The position numbers were made by a program, and so were the translations under genes. A DNA stretch of 64,000 nt from positions 1 through 64,000 of IMG/VR virus record IMGVR_UViG_3300049215_000529; one strand, written 5' to 3'. The notes beneath the pieces are model-generated. The model was not told where the DNA came from and did no database searches. It was given only the letters and a program-made list of their open reading frames with translations. Of the stretch, positions 29,463 through 38,896 are shown piece after piece (positions within the stretch are counted from its first letter, which is position 1; each line of letters begins with the position of its first letter).

Positions 29463-30406
29463 TATTTCTTCTCGCCCCAAATGTTTGCGCCGTTGTTGTA
29501 ATTAGCTGCCCAATCCATATTGTCGCTATCCTCAACATGCAAATCTTGATCTGGCATGAAGCCTCTGTCTTGACGAACGGCATAACCCATGTCCATCAAA
29601 AGTTGCATTACTTCAGCTTGTTCGCGCTTGTTTAGATTATAGTACTTGACTTGTCTGTCAAACAAATCCTCAATGTCATGACCTGCAGAAACCATTCCGT
29701 TAATACAGACTCGGGCAATTCTTGAAGTCAATAGTGGTGCCACGATGTAGATGCCCTGAACTCCGGTTACCTTTTGTGCTTCTTTAACAATGCCATCAGG
29801 CTCGAACTCGGACTTCTTCTTGCGGCTGGTCTTCTTGTGTTTCTTTACTTTGTCAAGACGATCGTGTAGTCTCTCAATACCATTATCAATGGTGGCTCTG
29901 ACTTTTTCAATTTGGTCTGCATCTAATTCGCCATCCAAATCCAATCTCATTGCCTTGGAAATTTCGTTATCTAGTCTGTCTAGATAAGCGACTGCTCTCT
30001 CAAGTCCTGCGGTATCATAACCGGAATGCTTTGGAACATCATCACAACGTTCTTTAACCCAAGCAATAAAACCTTTGGCGCCTCTAGATTCCCAATCCCA
30101 CTTAGGATCCTTTTTGGATTTCTTAGCATCATTGTCATCGATATTGTCTTTATCGTCTTCGTGAACTTCAATGTGTGGCTCTGGCTCAGGGTCATGGGTG
30201 CCTGGAGGAGCGCCGGGAAGATCTTCAATTACAATAGAAATTTCGCCCGGTTCGCCTACTTCAAGTGGAGACATGGTAGCCTCAGCTGGATGATCTGGAT
30301 GTACCTCGGAAACTTCCAATGGTACCAGTTCCATAGGACTTCCGCCCATTGGCATTCCACCTGATGGGTCAACAACTAGTAATTGTGCTTCTGACTGTAG
30401 TGACAT
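29462..30406 (-). CDS. Hypothetical head-module protein
   Basis: 314 aa, GAGG SD, acidic N-terminus, VKEAQ motif. Confidence 0.55.
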   Translation of the reverse strand: MSLQSEAQLLVVDPSGGMPMGGSPMELVPLEVSEVHPDHPAEATMSPLEVGEPGEISIVIEDLPGAPPGTHDPEPEPHIEVHEDDKDNIDDNDAKKSKKDPKWDWESRGAKGFIAWVKERCDDVPKHSGYDTAGLERAVAYLDRLDNEISKAMRLDLDGELDADQIEKVRATIDNGIERLHDRLDKVKKHKKTSRKKKSEFEPDGIVKEAQKVTGVQGIYIVAPLLTSRIARVCINGMVSAGHDIEDLFDRQVKYYNLNKREQAEVMQLLMDMGYAVRQDRGFMPDQDLHVEDSDNMDWAANYNNGANIWGEKK

Positions 30407-30470
30407 TTAGATACCTCTAGAACGGGTTTTCATATATCTGTATGCCTTTATATGTAATAATAGCCGTAGG

Positions 30471-31577
30471 TTAAATATTCCATTTATCTTCATACATAGT
30501 GATTCCGACATCTGTTGTGCCGTAATCTGGGTTAATATTCGTTGGATTTCCTAAATCTTCATCTGGCAAGTCTACTCCATCTGGCAATCCAAACAAGCCA
30601 GAGGTAGGGGCTGGATTCAAATACTTATCTATTAAATTCTTAACTTTTTCAGAATCCATCTTAGGCTCATCGCCAGTATAATCGCGCCCGAAATCTAGCT
30701 CAGCCGGGGTTTTATCCTCGGAGTCATTTTGAGGCAGGTACTTGTCTAGCAAGCCGCCTATCTGGGCAGAGTAAGGATAGCTCTCGGAATCTCCTAAATT
30801 AACTGATTCAGGAGAAATTGAGGTATCTGGTTCGCCAGTAGGACCTAACTGAATAGGGCTGTTGTAGGACTCGGAATCTCCCAAGATAGGACCTGACCCA
30901 ATATTTTCATCAATTGGATAATCTATAGAATGCACATCATGTTTCTTCTTAGGAGCCTTAGGCACTCCTTGATATGGGCTATTCTTCCAGTCATAGATTG
31001 AAGTTCCATGCTCTTTGGGAGGCAGCATATGATCTTCATTATCGTCAGCAAAGAAAGCGCCTGGGCTCTTATGTGGAGCATCTGTAATAGTCTTTATCTT
31101 CTTACCTTCACTCATCGCAGTATAGGCACCATCACCATAATCAAAGTTTGGACCATCATTGTCATCGCCCTTAAACTTGTCATTTAACTTATGAACCAGA
31201 CTCATGCCTGGCATACGGGCTTGTTTAATAATTTTTTCAAAAATGGAAGCCCTAGCTTGACGTTCAGGATTTTTCTTTACACGATTACCATTATCCATTT
31301 GCCAAGAATCATCGGCAACATAACGTGGTTTTAGACGTTCACGACGGGCATCCAAAAACTCTTTAACACTTTTGTAATTTTGCAGACCATGCCAGCCAGT
31401 TCCTGGACCGACGTGCTCCATTCCCGGAATTGTATACAAATCGTAGTTGCGATAAAATGGTTCCTCGAAACGAGGTTGCACCACGATTGCAGGATCTGAT
31501 TTGTATTTCTTTTTTCCAGGTGTTGGTTCATTAGGTCCGCCGTCGCCTTGAAAATATGCTTTTTTATTTGGGCACAT
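30471..31577 (-). CDS. Acidic, largely disordered head-module protein
   Basis: N-terminal KKAYFQGDGGPNEPTPG matches the protease repeat. Confidence 0.55.
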   Translation of the reverse strand: MCPNKKAYFQGDGGPNEPTPGKKKYKSDPAIVVQPRFEEPFYRNYDLYTIPGMEHVGPGTGWHGLQNYKSVKEFLDARRERLKPRYVADDSWQMDNGNRVKKNPERQARASIFEKIIKQARMPGMSLVHKLNDKFKGDDNDGPNFDYGDGAYTAMSEGKKIKTITDAPHKSPGAFFADDNEDHMLPPKEHGTSIYDWKNSPYQGVPKAPKKKHDVHSIDYPIDENIGSGPILGDSESYNSPIQLGPTGEPDTSISPESVNLGDSESYPYSAQIGGLLDKYLPQNDSEDKTPAELDFGRDYTGDEPKMDSEKVKNLIDKYLNPAPTSGLFGLPDGVDLPDEDLGNPTNINPDYGTTDVGITMYEDKWNI

Positions 31578-32337
31578 TGGTTTTCCCTTTAACTGCTTTC
31601 ATATAGTAAGGATATACGGCTTCGGTAATAGGAATATGATTCCATAGACCTAATTTAGTAATTAAATAGCTAGATTTATCGGCATCACGCTTGAAGGCTT
31701 CATTTAGCTTTTCTACCATGGACTTCTCAGTGGAAATTTTAACCGATTCTGGATTCTTTTGTACAAATTCAACAATAGCATCATCTAAATCAAAATCCAA
31801 CTTAGCAGCTAAATAAATGGCTCGAATCACTCTATTTCTATTGGAAGTGAGTGTGGTTTTTGGATCTAAACAAGTTCTGATTTTTCTTTCTTTGATGTCT
31901 TTAAACCCTCTATTGGTTGGATCTACAATATTTTTTAGGTCCATTGATAGTAGTAAAGCGTTACATGTGAAGTCACGACTAAACATCTCTTTTTGCATAT
32001 CGGTAGCATTGGGAATGCCACGAGCAGCTAAAATTTGTTCGATGCCTGGGACATTAAAATTAGATGAGAAGTCCATTTTCAGAGTACCCACAAAGATAGT
32101 GCTATGACCATCTTCCATAGTTTTTCTGGTGATGTTGTACTTCTTTTTTAGTTCAATAGCAAATTCTTGAGACAAATAGTCTACAGTCTTATCGCCTGTA
32201 GTAATATCCAAATCTGAAATATTCTCTAAGTGCCCCATATACTTATCGCGGGGCGTACCACCACAAATATAGGGTTTAGCTGACCCTATTTTCTTTTGTA
32301 CTTCCTGCATCGTGTGGAGTAGTTCTCGGAGTTTCAT
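31564..32337 (-). CDS. Short class II nucleotidyltransferase (CCA/poly(A) polymerase head domain) with altered templating motif
   Basis: CGGTPRD, DLD, SRDFTCNA, IVDPT..GFKDI, SNRNRVIRA in place of EDxxRxxRA. Confidence 0.8.
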   Translation of the reverse strand: MKLRELLHTMQEVQKKIGSAKPYICGGTPRDKYMGHLENISDLDITTGDKTVDYLSQEFAIELKKKYNITRKTMEDGHSTIFVGTLKMDFSSNFNVPGIEQILAARGIPNATDMQKEMFSRDFTCNALLLSMDLKNIVDPTNRGFKDIKERKIRTCLDPKTTLTSNRNRVIRAIYLAAKLDFDLDDAIVEFVQKNPESVKISTEKSMVEKLNEAFKRDADKSSYLITKLGLWNHIPITEAVYPYYMKAVKGKTNVPK

Positions 32338-32350
32338 TCATTTGTTTCAA

Positions 32351-34300
32351 TTATACGGTTGGGGCGACAGGCGGACGAGGTGCAGCTGCTGGAGGGGCGC
32401 CTAAATCTTCTGCGATTTCTACTTCTGGAGTTTCCTTGGCAGGACCAGCTAATTCGGCGGCTTCTTGTTCTTTTCTCATCTTCTTACGAGCCTTTTCTTT
32501 ATCTTCATCTTGTTGCAATTTTCCCTTAAGTGCAGCCACCTCTGGTTTTTCAGTAGTCTCTCCGCCCTTCAAATCAATTTCATTACCAGCCATACCACCA
32601 CGTAGCTTGGATAAAATGTCTTCCAAACGAGTAGAGATATAGTTATTTGATTCAAGAGCTTTGTTGGTTGCTTCGGATAGAGAAGGGAAATAGGAGGCAA
32701 GTCCAAGACTGCCTAACATCATATCTACAATTCCAAGTTGTCTTGGAACTTCTCTGGTCTTGTAAATTTTGGCTAAGTCTTCTAGTTTGGCAACTACGTC
32801 AGCAACAGTGATGTTTGCAAATACTGCATCAACTTTGTTATCAAAGTCGCTAGCAGCGGGCACTGCAGCTTCTCCTGGTGGAGCAGCAATATCATCTTCA
32901 GTTACTTCCAAGGGCTCTTCGGTTGCGGGAGCATCTGGTGCAACAGGTGCTTTTGGAGTTGGGATCGGAGCGGGATCCAATGGTGCTGGTGCTGGAGCTG
33001 TAGTCATTGGCTCATCAATTGGTCCTGGTGGAGCTGCTTGTGCCTCTGTAACCAATAGCATATCATCGTCAGCTACATTGATGTTGTCGTCAACTTCTAA
33101 TCCATCATCTTCTGCTACACCCTCATCAGTAGTGAACTTGGATGTTTCCATGCCTTCCAAAAACTCACTAATGCCTTTCGATTTTTGTGGCTCTACTGGC
33201 AAAGAGTTTGGGGCTTGAGTTGTGGTTGCAGCTTGTCCTCCGCCACCTTGTGGATTGCCTGGAAAATTTTCGTTAGGACCAGTTTCTGGAACGCTATCAG
33301 AAGGCGCGTTTTGAGGCATACCTGGACCCATAGATGGCAATCCTCCTGGAGCGCCTGGATGACCAGCACCTGTTGGATCGTCTGGTGGCGTAGCTGGAGG
33401 AATTACATTTCCAGCGCCTGCTTCACCTTGCTCTTTTACCTCTTCTCCAGATTGTGCTGGGCTTTGAGCCAAAGAATGTAGTACAGATGCTGCCTTAGTA
33501 AAACCTTGCCTTTGAAGTACGTTAGCTTGACGCACAATCATATCTTCATACAATCTAGTTGAAGAGCTAATCTTGTTAACCATCTGAATCCTCTTCTTTA
33601 ATTCGTAGATGGATTCCAGTAGTGATTCGAATTCTTTTCCAGAGAAGATTTGACCATCAGGCGATCTTAGCAATTTTTCTGCTGAGTCCAAGCGTCCAAT
33701 GATTTTATTTCTTTGCTTCTCGATAATTTGTTTACGCTCAGTCTTTTCGGTAACAGAGTCTCTGGCGAAATCAATGTCACGTCCAGTAACTTGTGGTTCT
33801 GGCTCTTTGACTGGATCTGGTTTCACATGTAAAAAATAACCGGGAGCACCGTTTTCATACCATAGTTGTGCAAATTTGTATTTCAAGTGATCTCCTGATT
33901 CATGATATTTTAGCCAGTTCAAGAAGTCATAAGTCTCCATGATATTCCAACCTGAAGTAGCTTTACGAATAGCATCTACACGACCACTGCCACTTTTCTC
34001 CGTTTGATAAATAGAACGAACTGCTGCCAACCACTTTTGGGTATTGTGCTGCCCAGGGATGTGCATGTATTGGTCGAAATTTGGATATGCGTCCTTTTTG
34101 CTAAAATCTAGGTGAGGTATGGACTCTGGATCAAATTTAGAGTAGTCGATGCCCACCTCATCAAAATACTTCATCAACTTTTCAAGCTTAGTCTTCATTT
34201 CTGGATTCAACACCAATTCTTCATCAGATGGACGAGTAGCCATTTCCAATTGTTCCTTGGATGGCATATCGATAATTGGTGAGTGGTGTTTGTTGGTCAT
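32351..34300 (-). CDS. Large head-module protein with Pro/acidic linkers
   Basis: 649 aa; KDAY, KFAQ motifs; helical module. Confidence 0.55.
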   Translation of the reverse strand: MTNKHHSPIIDMPSKEQLEMATRPSDEELVLNPEMKTKLEKLMKYFDEVGIDYSKFDPESIPHLDFSKKDAYPNFDQYMHIPGQHNTQKWLAAVRSIYQTEKSGSGRVDAIRKATSGWNIMETYDFLNWLKYHESGDHLKYKFAQLWYENGAPGYFLHVKPDPVKEPEPQVTGRDIDFARDSVTEKTERKQIIEKQRNKIIGRLDSAEKLLRSPDGQIFSGKEFESLLESIYELKKRIQMVNKISSSTRLYEDMIVRQANVLQRQGFTKAASVLHSLAQSPAQSGEEVKEQGEAGAGNVIPPATPPDDPTGAGHPGAPGGLPSMGPGMPQNAPSDSVPETGPNENFPGNPQGGGGQAATTTQAPNSLPVEPQKSKGISEFLEGMETSKFTTDEGVAEDDGLEVDDNINVADDDMLLVTEAQAAPPGPIDEPMTTAPAPAPLDPAPIPTPKAPVAPDAPATEEPLEVTEDDIAAPPGEAAVPAASDFDNKVDAVFANITVADVVAKLEDLAKIYKTREVPRQLGIVDMMLGSLGLASYFPSLSEATNKALESNNYISTRLEDILSKLRGGMAGNEIDLKGGETTEKPEVAALKGKLQQDEDKEKARKKMRKEQEAAELAGPAKETPEVEIAEDLGAPPAAAPRPPVAPTV

Positions 34301-35055
34301 GACTCGTTAATCTTCTTATTGATGGTCTCGTTAAGCAATTTAGCTTCAGCAAGTTTCATCTCAGTTGATGGCGGAGCTTCTGGAGTTGGCATCTTTAGCT
34401 TAGCCATTTTCTCATTGAATACTTCCATGAAATATAGGGAAGTTTCCAAATCCATTTGAGATAAAACCTCTTTGATTACATCATGAAATACCGAAATATG
34501 CTGGTCTACGACCTGCAAAGTCACGTTGTGCTGGATGATTTGATCAGGGCGAACTTCCTTCCACTTATGGTATTTATCTAATAAATTACCCAAGGTATCA
34601 GCATATTCTGTGATCAAGCGGTCTATTCTAGTATTAACATCCCTAGGATTTTCCTGAATATAATCAAAAATTTGAGACAAACGAGTCTCTATATTAATAG
34701 CTAAATTAGCTAAAATTCTATCAACATCTAGCTCTCCATTGGCAAGCTTGAGCATAGCATCTTTATATGCTGGATTGCCCTTGACTGCTAAATCTAGCTG
34801 ATCAGAGGTGTTGGTTGCCAGAGCCGTTTTAGTTTTAGCTAAATCTTCTTGAATATCATTATAGAAATCTAAATATGTATTTTGAAATGACTTTAGAAGT
34901 TTCTCAGTTAAGACAAACTTCGATTCACTTACATTGGTATATTTAGCTTTTAACCATTCATGTATCTCGGCAGGCGATTGACCAGTCACCAACTTAGCAA
35001 TAATTTCATCCTTATCTGGATGCTCCAGAATTTTTTTGTAAGCTGGTTTGTTCAT
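34297..35055 (-). CDS. Possible terminase small subunit (HTH plus coiled coil)
   Basis: HPDKDEIIAKLVTGQSPAEIHEWL HTH-like start; upstream of terL. Confidence 0.4.
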   Translation of the reverse strand: MNKPAYKKILEHPDKDEIIAKLVTGQSPAEIHEWLKAKYTNVSESKFVLTEKLLKSFQNTYLDFYNDIQEDLAKTKTALATNTSDQLDLAVKGNPAYKDAMLKLANGELDVDRILANLAINIETRLSQIFDYIQENPRDVNTRIDRLITEYADTLGNLLDKYHKWKEVRPDQIIQHNVTLQVVDQHISVFHDVIKEVLSQMDLETSLYFMEVFNEKMAKLKMPTPEAPPSTEMKLAEAKLLNETINKKINES

Positions 35056-35064
35056 TAAAATCCT

Positions 35065-35784
35065 TCATGGCTTGTTGTAACCAAGTCTGCCTTCACGGGT
35101 ATCGAAGATAGCGTGATATGGAACGTTAAGAGAGTTCTGAGTTTGTTGAGCAACGTCACCACCTGGAACCTTGGCACCATTGTTCAATTCGAAACCGGTC
35201 TCAAAGTTATAGGTTTTCTTATCCATCTCGCATTGCCACATGTGTTCACCCACACGAGCAATTTGAACGCCTGGATGATCTGGACAATATCTGGAGCTAA
35301 GTGGAGCTTCCAAAATATTGTATCTCTTGGTCATCTCACTTTTATCAATTGCCTTTTCTGACTTGTTAATCAAGTTAGCTTCAGCCAAATCTTCACGAGG
35401 TTGCTCGTACTTTTTCTTTAGTTCGACTAATCTTTGCTCTTGTAGATCTTTTCTCTCAGCATAAGCATTTGGCGGAGCTGCAATAGATAGTAGTAGTTCG
35501 TCAAGTACAGAAGCTTGCTTCTTTAGACCTGGATCACCGGAAGCGTCGAAAGCATTGGCAAGATTAGCAATTTCCTGGATGTTTTCAGGAGTTAAATTGG
35601 ATTCTGGAGGTGGTTCCATTTCGGATACTTGTTCAGCGGCACTCTTTAAAAGAGCGGCAGCAAGAACACAATTCTCGGCAACAACTTTCATGCTGTCGTC
35701 GTGATATTCGGCTAATAGCAAAGCCTCATTGTCTGGACTTTCCAGCCAAGATGCGATAGCTTGTAACATTTCTGCGATTCTCAT
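35065..35784 (-). CDS. Hypothetical head-module protein
   Basis: Helical module LANAFDASG; C-terminal CPDH..C. Confidence 0.55.
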   Translation of the reverse strand: MRIAEMLQAIASWLESPDNEALLLAEYHDDSMKVVAENCVLAAALLKSAAEQVSEMEPPPESNLTPENIQEIANLANAFDASGDPGLKKQASVLDELLLSIAAPPNAYAERKDLQEQRLVELKKKYEQPREDLAEANLINKSEKAIDKSEMTKRYNILEAPLSSRYCPDHPGVQIARVGEHMWQCEMDKKTYNFETGFELNNGAKVPGGDVAQQTQNSLNVPYHAIFDTREGRLGYNKP

Positions 35785-35796
35785 AAGTGCCTCTGT

Positions 35797-36687
35797 TTAT
35801 TCTACGTCCTCAAAAAGAGGGGCATTGGAAGACTTTCTTTGTTCGTGATTCTTAATGATCTCAGCGATTTGCATCTTGACATCTGCAGAATCCTTTGGAT
35901 AATGTCCTCTATTCAATGCATTAATAACCGTTGTCATATCTTGTTTTAATTGAGGGTCATCACGGAAAACAGTGCCCCAATCCTCTTGAGAGGAGATGCC
36001 ATATTCACTGCCATGCTGCCTAATAAAGTCAATGATATCATATTCAGACAGTGGTGCCCTTTGAGGAGCAAATCTTCCAGGCATTGGCTGGTCAATATCA
36101 ACCTCTGTTTGTGGTTGATAACCTTGGAATTTTTCTGGAGCAACTCTTTCTAGTTCATGGATATCATCCATCATCCCAATAGCCACACTCATAATTCTAG
36201 CCAAACCAGTTTTAGCTTTGCCAAACTGTTCATTTCTAAGCTTCATATCATGCTTCTTAGAAATAGGTACCATTTGAAAAATTAATTCAGAAACATGTGG
36301 AAATTGAACTGCAGATGGTTCTCCATCTTCAGACGGCGCACCATCAGAACTAAATTTCATATCTTTATTAGAATTGATTAATTGAATTAAGTCGGTTAAT
36401 ACTTCTCTAATTTCTGGCAAACTAATATTTAGATAATTAACTTTCAAATAATCAATAATTGACAATAATTGTTTACAGAATTGATATCCAGCTACTGCTT
36501 TACGTTCATTTGGTGTTTGTGGTTTTGCCGCACCAGATTCAGCGCATGCCTTAAGAATTCCGAAATTCTTGTTTGGATAAGTCCACAACACAATGATTTT
36601 ACGGCGCAAGTCGTTCTCTAAATCAGCTGGGGAGGCAGCGATCTTGTATTTCCAAGCGTAGAGTTTAGCGAGCCTTGCCAATCTCAT
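35797..36687 (-). CDS. Hypothetical protein
   Basis: 296 aa, YKIAAS motif near the N-terminus. Confidence 0.55.
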   Translation of the reverse strand: MRLARLAKLYAWKYKIAASPADLENDLRRKIIVLWTYPNKNFGILKACAESGAAKPQTPNERKAVAGYQFCKQLLSIIDYLKVNYLNISLPEIREVLTDLIQLINSNKDMKFSSDGAPSEDGEPSAVQFPHVSELIFQMVPISKKHDMKLRNEQFGKAKTGLARIMSVAIGMMDDIHELERVAPEKFQGYQPQTEVDIDQPMPGRFAPQRAPLSEYDIIDFIRQHGSEYGISSQEDWGTVFRDDPQLKQDMTTVINALNRGHYPKDSADVKMQIAEIIKNHEQRKSSNAPLFEDVE

Positions 36688-36690
36688 AGA

Positions 36691-38298
36691 TCACCCGAAG
36701 ATCTTAGAGTTATTGAAAACCGCGCCCTCATAGGTTTCTTCCATTCCTCTTCTGTAAAGAGGACGGCAGTTACCATCTTTGTCTTGATATACTTTGTGAA
36801 CTGGCAAGCCGGTATGGCTGCAAATTGGGTGCTCGCTGCTTGCGTTTCTAACCATCTTAGAACATTGAGATGGAGCAGTTGCTTCCTTCTTATTAGCTAG
36901 ACATTGCATGAATAGCTGGAATCCAGTGGCATAAGCCTTCTCATCTCCAGCGCTTGATAGCACATTCAAAGCATCTTCTGCACTAGCATGGTTGCCTTCG
37001 GCAAGTGCTTTTCTGATGTTTGCTAACAAATCACTTGGCTTCAATTCGAATTGTGGAGATGCAGCTGCTGCAGCTTTGAAATCGCTGGCATTGCTGACAT
37101 ACAACTCGTTAATACCTTCTTGGTTGAATGAGGATACGGTGCCGTTGCACAACATAACGCTAGGCTTAGTAATCTTACCATCAGCTAGCTTGACTGGAAC
37201 AACGAAACCAACTCTGCCAGCGTCTAAGGCGACGTTGTAGAAAATAGTATGGTCATCACTCTTAGCAACATTAACTTGAGGGTTCTTGTGACCATAACCA
37301 GTTAGCTCTCTAACAATGTGGTCTCTGGCAACTTTAACCTTGTCAGCACCAAATTGGAACGCTGCTTGTCCATATGCGGAAGTAAATTGCTTTTCAAAAG
37401 AAACGAATTCATCGTATTTTGGAAGTTCAACATCCTTCTTAGATGCCTCGGCAATTTTCTGTCCAACAATCTGATTCTGGAAGAATTCAGCTTTACCTTG
37501 TCTGGTAGCATTTAGCTTAGTCAAAGCAATTTCTGCATCACTAACTTCGCGATTCTCAGAAGCTGCGGTGGTTAGTACGCTCAAAATGCTGGTGCCACTG
37601 ATTGACAACTTGTTACCAGCAAAAGTAGTTAGATAAGCCTTTAGTGCGGTATAGTTCAACTCTTGTGGACCAGTATTTCCCATGAAAACTTCGGCTTCAA
37701 CTACCTTGTTATTTTGGACTTCTACTGGAACATAAAAGCTAGTGACTCCCTTTGGAGTTTCGTAATCAGCCTTAATTACAATGAACTTGTCGTTACCATC
37801 ACTTACTGCAATGGCACTTGGCTTCAAATTCCAAGCATCCAAAGTGGAAGCAACAGATGCCATAGCCTTATCAGCTAGTGGTTGAGAGTACATCTTGACT
37901 GGTAGGTGCTTGTCGAATACACTTTGCAGTGCGTTGGCTAGTACAGTGTCACCAACTTCGTATGGATTCACTTGAACTGCTTCGTCTCTCTGATAAGTAG
38001 TAGCTCCTTTTAGCTCTTCTACTTGACCCATTTCATTTTGGAACAACTCAGCAAACTTAGTATTACGAGTATACAGTTTGTTGTAAAGCGTTCTCAATTC
38101 CGCTTTGCGGATGAACATGGTGTTATTGGATGCCATTTTGTGAACCACTCTGGACATTGCGCCGATAGTGTGGTCACTTGGGTAAGCATCTACTGCCTTG
38201 GCTAACTTAGCGGCAAGAATTGGGGTAGCTATTCTCTCGTTATCTTCTACGGACTTTGCTAGAGAACCTACTAGTTGTTGAATTTTGTCGAGGCTCAT
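36691..38298 (-). CDS. Hypothetical (probably structural) protein
   Basis: 535 aa; two similar FYVPV/FVVPV segments; C-terminal Cys/His cluster. Confidence 0.55.
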   Translation of the reverse strand: MSLDKIQQLVGSLAKSVEDNERIATPILAAKLAKAVDAYPSDHTIGAMSRVVHKMASNNTMFIRKAELRTLYNKLYTRNTKFAELFQNEMGQVEELKGATTYQRDEAVQVNPYEVGDTVLANALQSVFDKHLPVKMYSQPLADKAMASVASTLDAWNLKPSAIAVSDGNDKFIVIKADYETPKGVTSFYVPVEVQNNKVVEAEVFMGNTGPQELNYTALKAYLTTFAGNKLSISGTSILSVLTTAASENREVSDAEIALTKLNATRQGKAEFFQNQIVGQKIAEASKKDVELPKYDEFVSFEKQFTSAYGQAAFQFGADKVKVARDHIVRELTGYGHKNPQVNVAKSDDHTIFYNVALDAGRVGFVVPVKLADGKITKPSVMLCNGTVSSFNQEGINELYVSNASDFKAAAAASPQFELKPSDLLANIRKALAEGNHASAEDALNVLSSAGDEKAYATGFQLFMQCLANKKEATAPSQCSKMVRNASSEHPICSHTGLPVHKVYQDKDGNCRPLYRRGMEETYEGAVFNNSKIFG

Positions 38299-38319
38299 TT
38301 ACACACCTATTCTATAATG

Positions 38320-38775
38320 TTAAACCAACTCAGGGTATTTATTTAATACCTCTTTTTTAGCTGATTCGGAAAGCTCATTTAATAAAGCCTTGACCAATTT
38401 CTTGTTAGCAGCTAATTTAGAAGGTAAGTATCCTGGAACCGCATGCAACTCTGCGCGTGGGATTCCTAGTTTTTCAGCAGCCAATCTGACAATTGGATCG
38501 CCTTTGTAAGAGACTTGCAAGTCGCTTGCAGTCTTACTAACGGTTACTTCCCAAGCAGTCTTTTCTTCTTCTTCAGGTTGGTATAGGGCAACGATGTATT
38601 CACCATCTTCTGCGCTTTGGACTTGCCATAAATCAGCACCCTTATCCCCGTCCTTAAATCTAACTACATCCCAAGCCACAGACTCAAGCTGGTCCTTAAC
38701 CTCGCTGAGTTTAAAGGCTTTCTTGTAGATTTTGTGTGCTAAACCAGAGTAATCTATCGAATTTTTTGACATCAC
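38320..38775 (-). CDS. Hypothetical protein, first gene of the head module
   Basis: GGGAG SD; follows terminator. Confidence 0.6.
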   Translation of the reverse strand: MMSKNSIDYSGLAHKIYKKAFKLSEVKDQLESVAWDVVRFKDGDKGADLWQVQSAEDGEYIVALYQPEEEEKTAWEVTVSKTASDLQVSYKGDPIVRLAAEKLGIPRAELHAVPGYLPSKLAANKKLVKALLNELSESAKKEVLNKYPELV

Positions 38776-38836
38776 GTCTCCCGTTGAACAGAATATGCCT
38801 TACCATACATAGAGAATTATTGGTAGTATTATGGAC

Positions 38837-38872
38837 AAAAGAAAATGCCCAGCTTACGAATAAACTGGGCAC
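38837..38872 (-). terminator. Intrinsic terminator separating replication and head modules
   Basis: Minus strand TGCCCAGTTTA-TTCG-TAAGCTGGGCA then TTTTCTTTT. Confidence 0.85.
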
Positions 38873-38896
38873 TTTACACATTCTATGCTGGTAATT

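Noticed and set aside
1334-32337. Split CC-adding plus A-adding enzyme pair
   Set aside because: The first enzyme has the loop and EDxxR of a complete CCA enzyme, and the second lacks EDxxR, which such partial enzymes normally keep. Not fully excluded without an assay.
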